From the human T2T-CHM13v2.0 reference genome, Homo sapiens, in the NCBI RefSeq assembly GCF_009914755.1, contig NC_060925.1: a DNA stretch of 64,000 bases, one strand, 5' to 3'. Within the stretch, counting starts at the first letter, position 1. Each line of letters begins with the position of its first letter. Under the pieces are notes generated by a model, which saw nothing but the letters and a program-made list of their open reading frames with translations, made no database searches and was not told the DNA's origin. A program made the position numbers and the translations under genes. This document shows, one piece after another, positions 13,625 to 27,037 of the stretch.

Positions 13625-15590
13625 AAATACCATACAATTCACCTATTTAAAGTACACAATGCAAAGGTTTTTAGTGTATTCATAGTTATGCAACACGATC
13701 ACAATCAATTTTAGTACATTTTTATCACCACAAAAAGAAACCTATACTCATTAGTGATCAATCCTTATGTCTCCCAGCTCGTGCTACTCTCTCACTAATC
13801 TACTTTCTGTCTCTATAGATTTACCTACTTTAGACATTACACATAAATGGAATTCTACAATATGTGACCCCTTGTGATTGGCTTCTTTCACTTACTATGT
13901 TTTCAAGGTCCATTGATGTTGTAGCATGAGTACTTTATTCCTTTTTAATGCTGAATAATATTCCACTGTATGAACATACTACTTTATATTTTCATCAGCT
14001 GAGGGACATTTGGGTTGTTTCCACTTCTGGGCTATTATAAATACAGCTGCTATATTAGAATTTTAAACAAATCAAATATCTTATATACGCTTCTATAACT
14101 AACATTTTGACTATACATTAGGTTTTTAGTTTTTATGAGATTCATTCAAGTTGTTGATTGAAACTCTATGTGTGTTTTAAATAATTACTTTTTGAAAACT
14201 GTACTCAACCCACTAACCACTAACATAACTAAAATAACTAGTGTATTTCACAACCACTAACAGGTCCTGGCACTTCATTTAAAAATATTGCTCTAGAATA
14301 TATACCTGGGATTAGAATTGTTGGATCATAGGATTTGTGCATCTTCCCTTTGGTCTACTTTTCTGCCAACTCTTGGCTTTTGTTGCTAATCTGATAGGTG
14401 TATTATGGTATCTTCTTGCCTCAATTTACATTTTCTCACTCAATCAATGTTGCTGAACATCAAGTTATGTTTGCTGGCCTTTTATGTCTTTTTTTCTGTT
14501 TACTTTCTTTTTTTTAACCTAAGGAGTGTTTTGTTTTGTTTCCTAATTGATTTTTAGGAGTTCTGTATATATTCTGGGTATCTTTTCTTTCAATTGTGTG
14601 TTACAGATGTCATTTTCCTTCCACTCTCTTAGTGTTGGAAATTCTTAACTGAGATACAGTTAAATTTACCAAATTTTTTCCATATTGTCAGGCCTCTGAG
14701 CCCAAGCTAAGCCATCATATTCCCCGTGACCTGCACATATACATCCAGATGGCCTGAAATAACTAAAGAATCACAAAAGAAGTGAAGATGGCCTCTTCCT
14801 GCCTTAACTGATGACATTACCTTGTGAAATTCCTTCTCCTGGCTCATCCTGGCTCAAAAGCTCCCCCACTGAGCACCTTGTGACCCCCCCCTCCCCGACC
14901 CCTGCCCGCCAGAGAACAACCCCCTTTGACTGTAATTTTCCTTTACCTACCCAAATCCTATAAAACGGCTCCACCCCTATTTCCCTTCGCTGACTCTATT
15001 TTCAGACTCAGCCCACCTGCACCCAGGTGGAATAAACAGCCTTGTTGCTCACACAAAGCCTGTTTGGTGGTGTCTTCACAGGGACATGAGTGAAGCATAT
15101 GGTTTGTGCTTTTTGTGTCTTAAGAAATCACTCTTAAACTTGGGGTCATAAAATATTCTTTTATATTTTCTCCTAGAGATTTAAAAGTGTTTGCCTATAC
15201 CGTGTAGCCAATCACCCCTTCTCTCCTTCCCTTCTTGCATCTGCCCACATGTGTATGGGTCTGTTGCCTGGCTCCCTATTTTGCTTCATTGGTTTTACCT
15301 ATCCATGTGCCAATATCACATACTTGTAATTAGAGATCTTTGTAAGAATTTAAATTTTGTTTAAAACCTTATCTTTATAAGATATTTATATTTCAGAACT
15401 TTAACTTCGTAAGTTCTCTCCCTTTTGTTCACAAAAAGGGTCTTGGTTATTTTTGGCCCTTTATGCCCACATTTCAGAATCAGTTTATCAGGTATTAAGA
15501 AAATACTTTTTGGGATTTTAATTGGAATTGATAGAATCTGTAAATAACTTTGGAGGAAATTGCCATCTTTACAATATTGAATCATTCTCT
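13625..15590 (-). mobile_element. Fragmented old L1M 3' / ORF2 pieces, interrupted by LTR7
   Basis: T-rich antisense L1 motifs (catacaattcacctatttaaagtacacaat, ggacatttgggttgtttccac, gggattttaattggaattg..gccatctttacaatattga). Confidence 0.7.
14686..15095 (+). mobile_element. HERV-H solo LTR (LTR7 family)
   Basis: Starts tgtcaggcctctgagcccaagctaagccatc; TATAAAA 14959-14965; AATAAA 15031-15036; ends ..cctgtttggtggtgtcttcacagggacatgagtgaag; perfect TSD CATAT (14681-14685 / 15096-15100). Confidence 0.95.
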
Positions 15591-16825
15591 TTCTTGAATC
15601 TTTCTCTGTTCTTGAAACACAGAGAATAGGAAATTGTGTGTTTTGTGTACAAAAAAAGGAACAAGATATATGTGAACCTCCTTACAACCAATGAATGAAA
15701 AGCTGATCCAGAATGCTAGGCTACATTTTTCAGCTTGGAATCACTGTCTCATACAATACTGTGTAAAAGCTTTTCTTCTTCTTTTTTAAATTTTCTTTCC
15801 ACACTAGAGATTCACATCACAATTTAGTGTTCGCATTTCCTCGAGACTCTTACTGAATTAATATGTCTCTGGCTAGACATTACAGATTTTTGTAGGAATA
15901 AAATGATCTGGCTCAGGATATCATTGGGAAATGAGTTCAGCAAGTGCCAGATTACAATGAATTTGATTAAATCCAATATACTCAGGGGGGATTTCATTCG
16001 TTGTTTCTTATCTAGCTTTTTTTTCTCACTACTTTGGTTCTCTAATAGAGTGAACTATTGAAGCATTTACAAAATGAGAAATCCTCCAGGATACCAGACA
16101 CTGAAACTCTCCTCTGTTCTCTAGTGGATTTCACTCTAGATTGTCACAATAGGTATTTTGATTCTGTACTTTAAATACTGGGTTGTCTAAGTGTTCCCAA
16201 ATCCTTTGTGTTCATTCTTAGCCATTCACAATCACCAAGACCTATTTAAAAATTTACATTAACAGGGAAGCTAACAGACACTCCCTTTTCATTCTTCAAC
16301 TCTTTTGAAAAGCACGTAATACTCATTCTTGAATGTATCATGCTTTTTCTAAGCAACAGTATTTAATCTATTTGCCAAAGGATGGCATTTATCTGTTGCT
16401 TTTTTGGTTTATGGTTCTTTCCATACCCCCAATTATTTTTTCTTGAACATAAGCTGAAATTCTTCCCCTGCAGATGTTTGAGGCTGGTTCATATAGTCCC
16501 TAATCCCATTGGATATCCTTACTGATTTATAAAAGTTTCCCTCTACTCAGATTAGCATCAAAATACTCTTAATGCTTTTAAAAATGCCATCATATGAACT
16601 GATTTGGATCTTTAGGAGTCAGAGAGATTTATTCACTTCCAATCACTTGAATTCGTGTCAGTGTTTCATGCTTCAATGACCCAATTAATTTCAGTGCCAT
16701 TTTCTTCTTTCGGGCTTAGCAGCTGCTTTGTGGTGGCAAAGGTTCATTCAAATGTAATGTATTTGAGGGCAACATATGAATCTTCATGTGTGGCTTTACA
16801 TTTCATTCAATAATAGATGCCCTTC

Positions 16826-17700
16826 TTTTCCCTGTGTATGATGTGTTATTTCTTTTGATGCATTCAAGCTTTTCTCTTTATTTTTTTGACTTTCAATAGT
16901 TTTATTACAATGTAGACTTCTTTGTGTTTATTTTAGTTGCTATGTATTTAGCATTTTGTACTAGTAAATGTGTTTTTCATCAAATTTGGGGAAATTCTGG
17001 CCACCACTCTTTCTTCAAAAATTTTTTCTGTCCCTTTTTTTTTCTACTTCTGTTGTTTACATGCATGTTGGATTGTCTGACATGTAGCAAATCTCTGTTG
17101 GTCTACTCACTTTTTAAAGATAATTTTTCTCTTTGTTGTTTACTTTTAATAATTTCTATTGCTCTATCTTCAAGTTCCCTACTTTTTCTTTTGTAATTTT
17201 TTTTGGCTGTTAAATTCACCCAGTGAATTTTTTATTTCTAAAATTATAATTTTCAATTTTCAGAATTTCCATTTGGTTTTAAAAATCTTTTTTTTTCTTT
17301 TTCTTTGCTGAGATTTTCTATTTGTCTCCTGAGATTTTCATTCATTGAAAACATGTTTTACTTCATTGAGGATAGTTATAATAGTCACTTTAAAATCCTT
17401 ATCTGTCAGTTTCAATATCTGATTCATCTCAGGGTTGATCTCTAGAGTATGCGATCCATTTCCTTGAATTTCATATGTCAGATAGTTTTGGATAGTACTC
17501 TGGACTTTGTGAGTGTTAAGTGGAGAGTCTGGATTCTATTATTCTTCTCTGATGAGTGTTATTTCCTTTGTATTAGTAGGTAATTTTCCCGGCTAGATTT
17601 TAACTGAAAACTCTCTCCCTTTTGGAGACAGCTCTGGTCTCAGTTCAGATCTTTTGTTTTTAACTGAGCTGCTGTGATTCTGTTTTGGGTGGTTCAGGAT
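16826..17700 (-). mobile_element. Old L1M ORF1-region fragment
   Basis: Antisense L1 ORF1-type T-rich sequence (caaatttggggaaattctggcc..., tctatcttcaagttc, ccagtgaattttttatttc). Confidence 0.7.
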
Positions 17701-17924
17701 CTCTCAGAGATGTGGGTTGACAGTTTGGGGATCCACTCTCTGACTCCTTCCTTGGGATTTCTTAATCTCTTCAGAATTCAAAATTTTCTGTCTTCACTTT
17801 TCTGCTTCCCCAGACAAGAATAACTGATAAGTTTTATACATGCATCCCTGGTACTGCTGAGCCTGACTTCTGGACTGCACTTTGCCCCAAGCTAAATGCC
17901 AAAGAGAGGAGAATTTTCTTGTGG

Positions 17925-18098
17925 AGTTCTTGATCTTCAAGCAAGCTTGCCCTTCCTACCAGTCTGCTGTTCACATTCCAGTATATTCAGCTTTTTGTAT
18001 TGTGTCCAAGTGTAGTTCCTGATCTTCAAGCAAGCTTGCCCTTCCTACCAGTCCACTATTCACATTCCAGTATATTCAGCTTTTTGCATTGTGTCCAA
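17925..18098. repeat. Two-copy tandem duplication, ~89-bp unit
   Basis: agttc(t/c)tgatcttcaagcaagcttgcccttcctaccagtc...ttgtgtccaa begins at 17925 and again at 18014, with only a few mismatches. Confidence 0.93.
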
Positions 18099-18699
18099 AT
18101 TGTTTTCTGCTGGGGGATGGTCCACTAGGGTCTTAGTCTATCATGGTTGAAAACAGAAGTTATGTCCTGCCTGGGACTTTGGATTTTGAGTCACCCTTGT
18201 CCTGGTCAATGCGATAGCCTCCTAACCAGTCTCTGTTTGTGTCCTTGCTCCCTCCAGTCTATCCTCAACATATCAGTCAGAGTGATCCTATGAAAACGTC
18301 CAGGAGCCTCCAATAGCTTCCCATTTCACTCACAGTAAATTAAAAAATACTTAAAATGTGCTACTCTGCCTGTTTGAAACTCCTCATCCTTGGCTTCCAG
18401 ATCACATGCTTATGCTAGTTTGTATCCTACCTTTCTGAACACTCGTTCAGCAACTCGTGTTTCCTCTAATCCTGAAACGTGGGTCCACCCTGAAAGTATG
18501 GTTCTACTTTAAAGTTCTATGTCAGGGCACTGAGTAAGGCCTTTCCCGTCCCCAGCAATCAGAAACCAGGACCCCACTGCTGAAGGCAAAGAGGACGTAT
18601 GTATCCCCCAACTTTCTCAGAGAGTTATCGGCAGCACTGACTTAAAGAGGATTAAGAGCTTCAGGGCGCAGGCTACTCTTTAATATTTTTCACGTTAGA

Positions 18700-19200
<501 letters not shown>

Positions 19201-19974
19201 GCCAGCCTCAGGCAGCATCGGTTTTGTTTGTTTAAACAAGTTGCACTATCTCAATCCCCCAGCCAAAGCCATTTTGGAACTGAGAGCCAGACAGTAACTC
19301 CGCCCCTCTCAAGCCGGAGATCCCTAATAAGCGCTCCACTAGTTTTGCTGTCTAGGTAAATCCCCTTTGGGGGATAAATTTATTTAATCCTCACGGTAAC
19401 CATGCAAGACAATTTGTGGGCGATGGATAAGATCTAGGGGTCCATAGTGATAAAGATTTAAGCACAGTCACGTTTACACTTAGCCTTGGGCCCAGAATGC
19501 ATCTTTATTTTGAAAAGGTGCAGATTCCTAATATTTCAGATTTCTTCGAAAGTTTGAATAGGTTCTTGCTCAAAGCAGAGCTACTCACATTTTGCGTGTA
19601 TTTTTCTAGATTAGCAGCAGGCGAGATCAAGATAGTCCTCTGCTTACTTCTGCTTGAGACATTACTGCCTTGTACAAGTACGGTTCCAAGCAGTGAATAG
19701 ACAGTGAATGGAGATGTGGGTTTTGTAAGAATCTCAAAAACTAGTCTCTACGGTACTTTAACAGAATTGCACTCTTCTGCTAGAGAGCAATAATTCATAA
19801 TCATCTAAAAACAGCCAAGAAAAAATTTGAAGGTATAAGTTTGAAGAGTTAACCTTTTTCAGCTTCTCTTGCTTAATTTTATCTTCCTACTCTGTCCCCT
19901 TCATCCTCCCAAAAGGTGAGAAAAAGAAACAATAGCATGGAAATATTATTTAGTGCCCTTTTAGGGAAACAATA

Positions 19975-20220
19975 GCATGGAGAGGCAGCATATTGGTTAG
20001 GCGCATGAACTCAAAATCAGACTCAGTTTAAATCCTGATTCTGTCACTTATCAACCTTGTGATTTGGGACAAGTTGCTTGATCTTATTATGCCTTAGTTT
20101 CCTCACCTGAAAAATGGGGATATTAATAGTCCATACTTACTTATACGGTTGTTACAGGATTAAATTAATGAATATTTGTAAGCCATTCAACATACAGAAA
20201 GCACTATATAAGTACTTAAT
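19975..20220 (+). mobile_element. MIR SINE
   Basis: gtttaaatcctgattctgtcactta..tgtgatttgggacaagttgctt..gccttagtttcctcacctgaaaaatgggga core. Confidence 0.75.
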
Positions 20221-21500
20221 AAGCGAAACACCAGTAACAACTTTTTAAGACTTTATCTAGATTTGGTGGTGTTATTCAGTTTATATACTTGTAGATTGTT
20301 TTCTTTTTCAAGTTAATGGCTGTATACACCTTGACCATCAAATCTCCCCTTTTGATTTCTCTTCTTGAAGGATCAAATTAATTTTTAAAAGAAAAAGAAC
20401 AAGTAATAAAATAATAGGGGGTATTTGTTTTTCCAATTTCACCTTTCTGTTAATTTAAAAATTATGTAGTTTCATCCAGTAAAATGGTACCAGATTTATT
20501 ATCCCCAAACACACTTTTATTTTATTATTCTCCTGCTTAGAAATCCTCAGTGTTTCCATACTGATAAAATCACATGTTTAGCTTGACCACCAAAGCCTTG
20601 TAACCTGGCTCAAAATTATGTTTTGGGTGTTATTTTCAAAACATGTTTGAAGTCGACAACTAATTAACCCCTGTCCTCCTGAACCTGTACAGTTACAGTG
20701 AAGCTGATGGGAGAATGTGACTTTAGACCTGTCCCCATGCAGGTCTGCTAATAATTCAACTCAGCATTAGCCCTGCATATCCACCTAGTCGCTGGCATAG
20801 CTGGGCAGCCTCAGAATTCTCCTGCAGGTGTAGGCCCCTGAAAAGTATTCCCCTTATGCTGACCAGTAGTCTGAAAGAAGCAGCTTTCTCTAGTTCCTTG
20901 TCAATTCCTTTTAAAAAATCTACTCTTAAAGTGAGAAAGAGTGGGTAGAGAGGCTAGGACTGATACTCTAGCAGATTCTCTCCATATACAAATAAGAGGC
21001 TAGGGAAATACACAGTACCCACTAACATGTCCCATCACAAGTTTTATTAAAAAGGTTTCTCTATTGCTGGCAGATAGGTTTCTTTACAGGCCCTTGAATG
21101 TATGTGGCTTAATCCCACCTTTGTGTAATTACCTGCAGTATTACTCTACTTCTCCACTTACTTAAATCATAATGTTCTTCAGTGCTCAACTTGTATCCCA
21201 TCCCACCTCTGCTATAAATCTTTCACCAGTCCCTCTGAGTAGAGCTCTTCTGACCTGCTGTGTCATGTTTTTTATTCCATTTACATGGTTTTTAATCACT
21301 TACAGTCATATATTGTTATTTGCCTAACAATTTTAAGTGTGCATGTATTTAACAATTGCAAGTTCTTTAGAGACAGAGATAAGATCTTATATTGCCTTTT
21401 AACTTCCACTATACCTAGAAGAATTTTATAGATTATATATGCTTGATGACCACTTGATGATTGGAAGAAAATATTAAATAATTTTTTCTTCTCAATTTGA

Positions 21501-21644
<144 letters not shown>

Positions 21645-21819
21645 TAGAGATTTGGGGGGTTGGATTGGGATATAGCATTCTTAACATAATAAGCAATCTT
21701 TTATGCATTTGCTGTTAATTTTGCAATTTATTTATTTACATTGGGAATTACTGAGTAACAGAAGCTACTAGAAAAGCAAAGACAGGAGGTAGTGTTACGA
21801 GTGATATTTGCTCAGCTGA

Positions 21820-22032
<213 letters not shown>

Positions 22033-22180
22033 TGAGCAGGTGATTTTGGTCTAAGTTCCTTTCCCGAGTAAAGCAGTAGGAAACATTAAACATAGTGATG
22101 TAATACTTTTAATGAAATTTGGGATACAGGGTTCATAGCTTTACTCTTGGCTATTTGAGGAATAAGTTAAATATGAGTGT

Positions 22181-22596
22181 TGTATTCGGCCATTCTTGCA
22201 TTGCTATAAAGAAATACCTGAGACTGAGTAATTTCTTAAAAAAAAAGAAGAGGTTTAAGTGGCTCATAGTTCTGAAGGCTTTACAGTAAGCATGGTGCTG
22301 GCATCTACTCGGCTTCTAGGGAGGCCTCAGGAAGCTTATAATCATGGAGGAAGTTCGTGAAGCAAGAGCAGGCACATCATATGGCAAAAGCAGGAGTGAG
22401 AGAGAGTGTTGAGGGGGAGGTTCCACACACTTTTAAATGACCAGATCTCACGAGAACTCATTGTCCTGAAGACAGCACTCAGCCATGAAGGATTTACCCC
22501 TATAACCCAAACATCTCCCACCAGGCCCCACCTCCAACATTGGGGATTACAGTTCAACATGGGATTTGGGCAGGAACAAATATACAAAGTATATCA
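22181..22596 (-). mobile_element. MST-family MaLR solo LTR in TSEN15 intron 3
   Basis: tgtatt..cattgctataaagaaatacctgagactg..ccaccaggccccacctccaacattggggattaca..tatatca; TSD agtgt/agcat. Confidence 0.9.
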
Positions 22597-24110
22597 AGCA
22601 TTCAACAAGTATTTATTTAGCACTTACTCTATGGTCAGTACTTTTTCAGAGACAGTATGTATGGTAGAAATATTTATATTCTTGGTAAGGAAGCAAGACC
22701 ATTACATATGAAATAACAGCTGTTATAAGATGTACCATGTAATACAAATTATACTTTATATAGCAGTTGGTGAAAAGCATGATTAACATGCAAGCTGAAA
22801 TCAAATTTTCATGTAGCTTTTTTTAAAAGCTTTAAAAAAGAGACTTTTTTTAGGACCTTTTTTTAAAAAGCTTAGGTACACAGCATTGGATTAAACATGT
22901 CTTTGTTTCATGACATACTCTCATTATTAGTTCATGCTTGGTTTTTATTTATTTACTTAGTTATTTTTAATAATGTAATAAGTATCTCTGTACCCATCAC
23001 CCAAAGCAAAACTAGATTCTTGATAATAACTAACATCTAATCTTATAAGTCCCTTCCTTAACGTGCTTTCACTGACCTGAGGTAACTCATTCTGAATTCC
23101 ATGTACATTGGGAATTTTTAAATTTTAGATGTTTTTAACTTTAATTAAAAAATCTTATCTTTTAAGGCTGACCTTATACACTTAATATTATATTACTAAA
23201 ATTCATCCATTCTTGTGCATTTTTTGAGCTGCCACATAACATTCCATTGTGTGATTATACCACCATTTTTACATCCACTCCCTCGATGATGGAGTGTTGC
23301 TAATGTTTAACTTTAGGAGATAATTTCAAACTATTTTCAAAGTGGTTGCCTCAATTTACTTTTCACCTGCAGTGTAAATAAGATCCTTTGGAGCTGTATT
23401 GTCTCTCACATTTAGTATTGTCAGACTTTTAAATTTTTGCCAATGGAATGGATTATTCTTATTTTGGTCTTAATTTACATTTCCCTTATTACTCATAATA
23501 CTGAATATTTCTTTATATATGTATTATTTATAAGAAATATCTGTTCATATCTTTTGCCTGTTGGGTTGTTTTTAGTTTTCTCATTGACTTGTATGAATTC
23601 TTTATATATTCTTGACCTAATAGTTTTTTTATTGTGTTTTCCAGTTTTTAAGTCTGTCTTTCACTGTCTTAAGATGTCTTTCAATGAGTAACAGTTCTTA
23701 ATTTGAATATAATCATATTTATCCATCTTTTATAATCAACGTCTTTGTGTCTAGTTTAAGAAATATTTTCTATCTAACGGTCTAAAAAATACTTATATTT
23801 TCACTAAGAGTTCTATTGTTCTTGTTTTTAATGGTGTGAGAGGCGGTTAGGGATACCATTGTCATGTGGATAACCACTTTTTCTACCTCCATTTACTGAA
23901 TAGTCCCTCCTTTCCTCACTATCTGACATATCACTTCTGCTACTTTCCAAAGTTCCAAACATGCATTAATTTGTTTCTGGGTTCTCTATTATATTCCATT
24001 AGCCAGTTTATCTGTCCTTTTGCCAATACCATATCTCTTAATCGCTTGCTTGGTAAGAAGTCTTGGTATCTGGTTAGCAAGCCTCCCTTATGCATTTCTT
24101 CTTTAGAAGC

Positions 24111-24350
24111 TGTAGCAGGCAGCTTCTAAGATGGCTTCTCCTAATTCTGGTATTCACTCCCTTATGTAACTCTCTTCCCTTGAGTGTGACCTGGACTCAG
24201 TGACTTCTTTCTAATGAATAAAATTTGGCAAAAATGATAGGAATGTAACTTCTAAGATTAGGTTACAAAAGACTGTGGCTTCTATCTTGGGCACTCTCTC
24301 TTGCTTACTATAAAGGAAGCCAGCTGCCACGTGAGCTGTCCTACAGAAAG
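24111..24350 (+). mobile_element. MLT1 (F-like) LTR, 5' fragment
   Basis: tgtagcaggcagcttctaagatggc..cccttgagtgtg..gattaggttacaaaagactgtggcttc..ggaagccagctgcc. Confidence 0.75.
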
Positions 24351-26669
24351 TCTGAAAATAGAAAAGAGATGACAATTATTGATGGAGCAAGATTCTTGAG
24401 AGATGAGGAAGGATGGATTCAAGAGGATAGTGGAGGAGAGTAATATTGAGCATGTAAAGGGGTGCTGTAAACCTCTGAGAGTGGGGTATGGGAAGAATGA
24501 ACAAATGAAAACACAGCTCTATTTGGGTGGCATATAAGTAGGGAAAAGAGCAGAGCCTCTTAAATTCCAGCATGAATACCGTTGATGAATACTTAACATT
24601 TTTTCTAGCTGACTATGACTGAATACATAGCAGTCTAGTAGAAAGAGCCCCAGACTATAAAGTCTTAAGACCTGGGTTCTAGTCTTGGGACTGACACTTA
24701 ACATTTTGTTTGATGTTTAGCAACACACCTAATTTCTCTGGGTTTCAGTTTCCTCGTCTTATTTTGTTGTTGAGGGATTTAGATTACCAGTACATGCAAG
24801 ATCCCTTCTAAATTAAAGCTGCTGTAACTGGTTATTTTCATTGTGCATATTTCATAAAGCCATATTAAACTAAATTTGCAGATTTCTATGAAGTATTTTT
24901 TGTATTTATTATTCATAATGAGAATTGTTTTTTAATATGTCAGTCTATTCATATGCTTCTTTGAGAAGCTCCTTACTGTTTTCTCTGTGTTTGAGAATTA
25001 CAAATAGTTGTTAGCATTGACATCAGATTTAATCGCTAGTACTTTCCGGTTTTTACTAGCATGATTTCCAAGCCATCCTATATCCAAGAGTCTTAATTCA
25101 TTCCTCAGAACTCATTACTTCTGTCTTTTAATTACTGTAACAAATATTGTCCTAGCTAGTATTAATGTTATATTATTTGTTTGGACAAGGAGCTACTATT
25201 TGAAATTAACCTGCATTTATTCCTAAAAAATAAAATTAATGAAAGCAATAGCCTATTTTAATCAAAATCATTTCATAAGTCTAGAAGTACAAATTTGTTT
25301 CCATTGTTAATTTCTAGTATTTTCCAGGTGGTAATTAATGCTTTTCTAGCTTGAATGGCTAAAGCTTGTTTTCTTCTTCAAGTAGAATTAGTTGGAATGA
25401 TAACTTGGTAAGCCATTTTGATGCTGTTGCATTTAATAACTGAGAGAGCTTAAATCTTTATGTCTTGTTTTTATATAAATATTCTTAACTATATTATACA
25501 GTAGAATACTAATATAGAATGTAGCACAAATGAGGCCTGATACATACTAGATTTATATGCCTTTTAGTGCATAACATTTTCTCAACTCAAACTATGCAAA
25601 TAACTTTTTAACAAATGGAAATGTGTGGGTGTATATGTGTGTATGTGTGATTTCATTATTCAGTCTTTAACAGGGCAGTCTTTTAGGTAGTAGGCATACT
25701 TTTATCTATTTTTACTTTTAGTGTATTTTATAATATAAAATGTTATATATCTAACAGTAATGCTGCAATTCCAGCCTTTCATAGTTAATGTGGGAATTTT
25801 TCTGTGTTAGTAACACAGAGAAGAAAATGATTGATGTTGAGTCTCTGATAACCTTGTATAGCAAAGAAATTCATTGGGACATGTCCTAAAAGTATTTGGT
25901 GGGAAGATGTGAGGGCAACTCACCATGAAAGAAAAAATACTTTTTATTTAAGAGGGAAAACAGCTTTTACTTATTCAGTGATAAAACATCTACATAAATT
26001 AACGATTCTGTTTTCACTTTTAAATATTATTATTTGTCAGATAATATTGCTTGGGCTTTTTGGTCTTAACAATTATTTATTGAGTGACTCTTATGTGTCA
26101 GGCAATGATCTAGGTGCTGGGGATACCATGATAACAAATACTTTCATGACATCCTCATGAAAGTAGTATTCTAGCACTGAATATTCGCTTAGAAAATACT
26201 TTTTTTTTTTTTTTTGGTAATTGTTGGATGGAATTTTAAAAAACAGAATTGCCCTTTGTTCAGATATTTAATTGAATGTGTGATTTGGGACTGCCTTCAC
26301 TTATTTTGTAGCTAGATAATTGAATAACAAGTATTATGGAGTACTGATAAGTAGTTTAACAGGGATATGTACAAAATTATGTCAAAACCCAGAGGAAGGA
26401 CAGGAAAAGTCTCTTTAGCCAGTAAGAGACCATGGTTTAGTAGGGTAACTGCAAGTAATTAAGCATGATTGCCTACCTAGCATGGTGTCTAGTCAGAGTA
26501 GGTGTCTAGTAATATTCCTTAAGGCAGCAAATGAATGAATGAATGAATGAATAAAATTTCAGAGAAAAGAGGGAAAGGATGGAAAATTAGATGGGAAAGT
26601 TTATTTAGATTATGAAGGCCATCATTGTTTTTACTTTTTTGCTATTACTAATGGTATTCTAATGAATAG

Positions 26670-27037
<368 letters not shown>

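Noticed and set aside
15600-16826. Assignment as an endogenous bornavirus glycoprotein-like element
   Set aside because: My manual translations show no resemblance to bornavirus G as I recall it, and no clear poly(A) or TSD; left unassigned.
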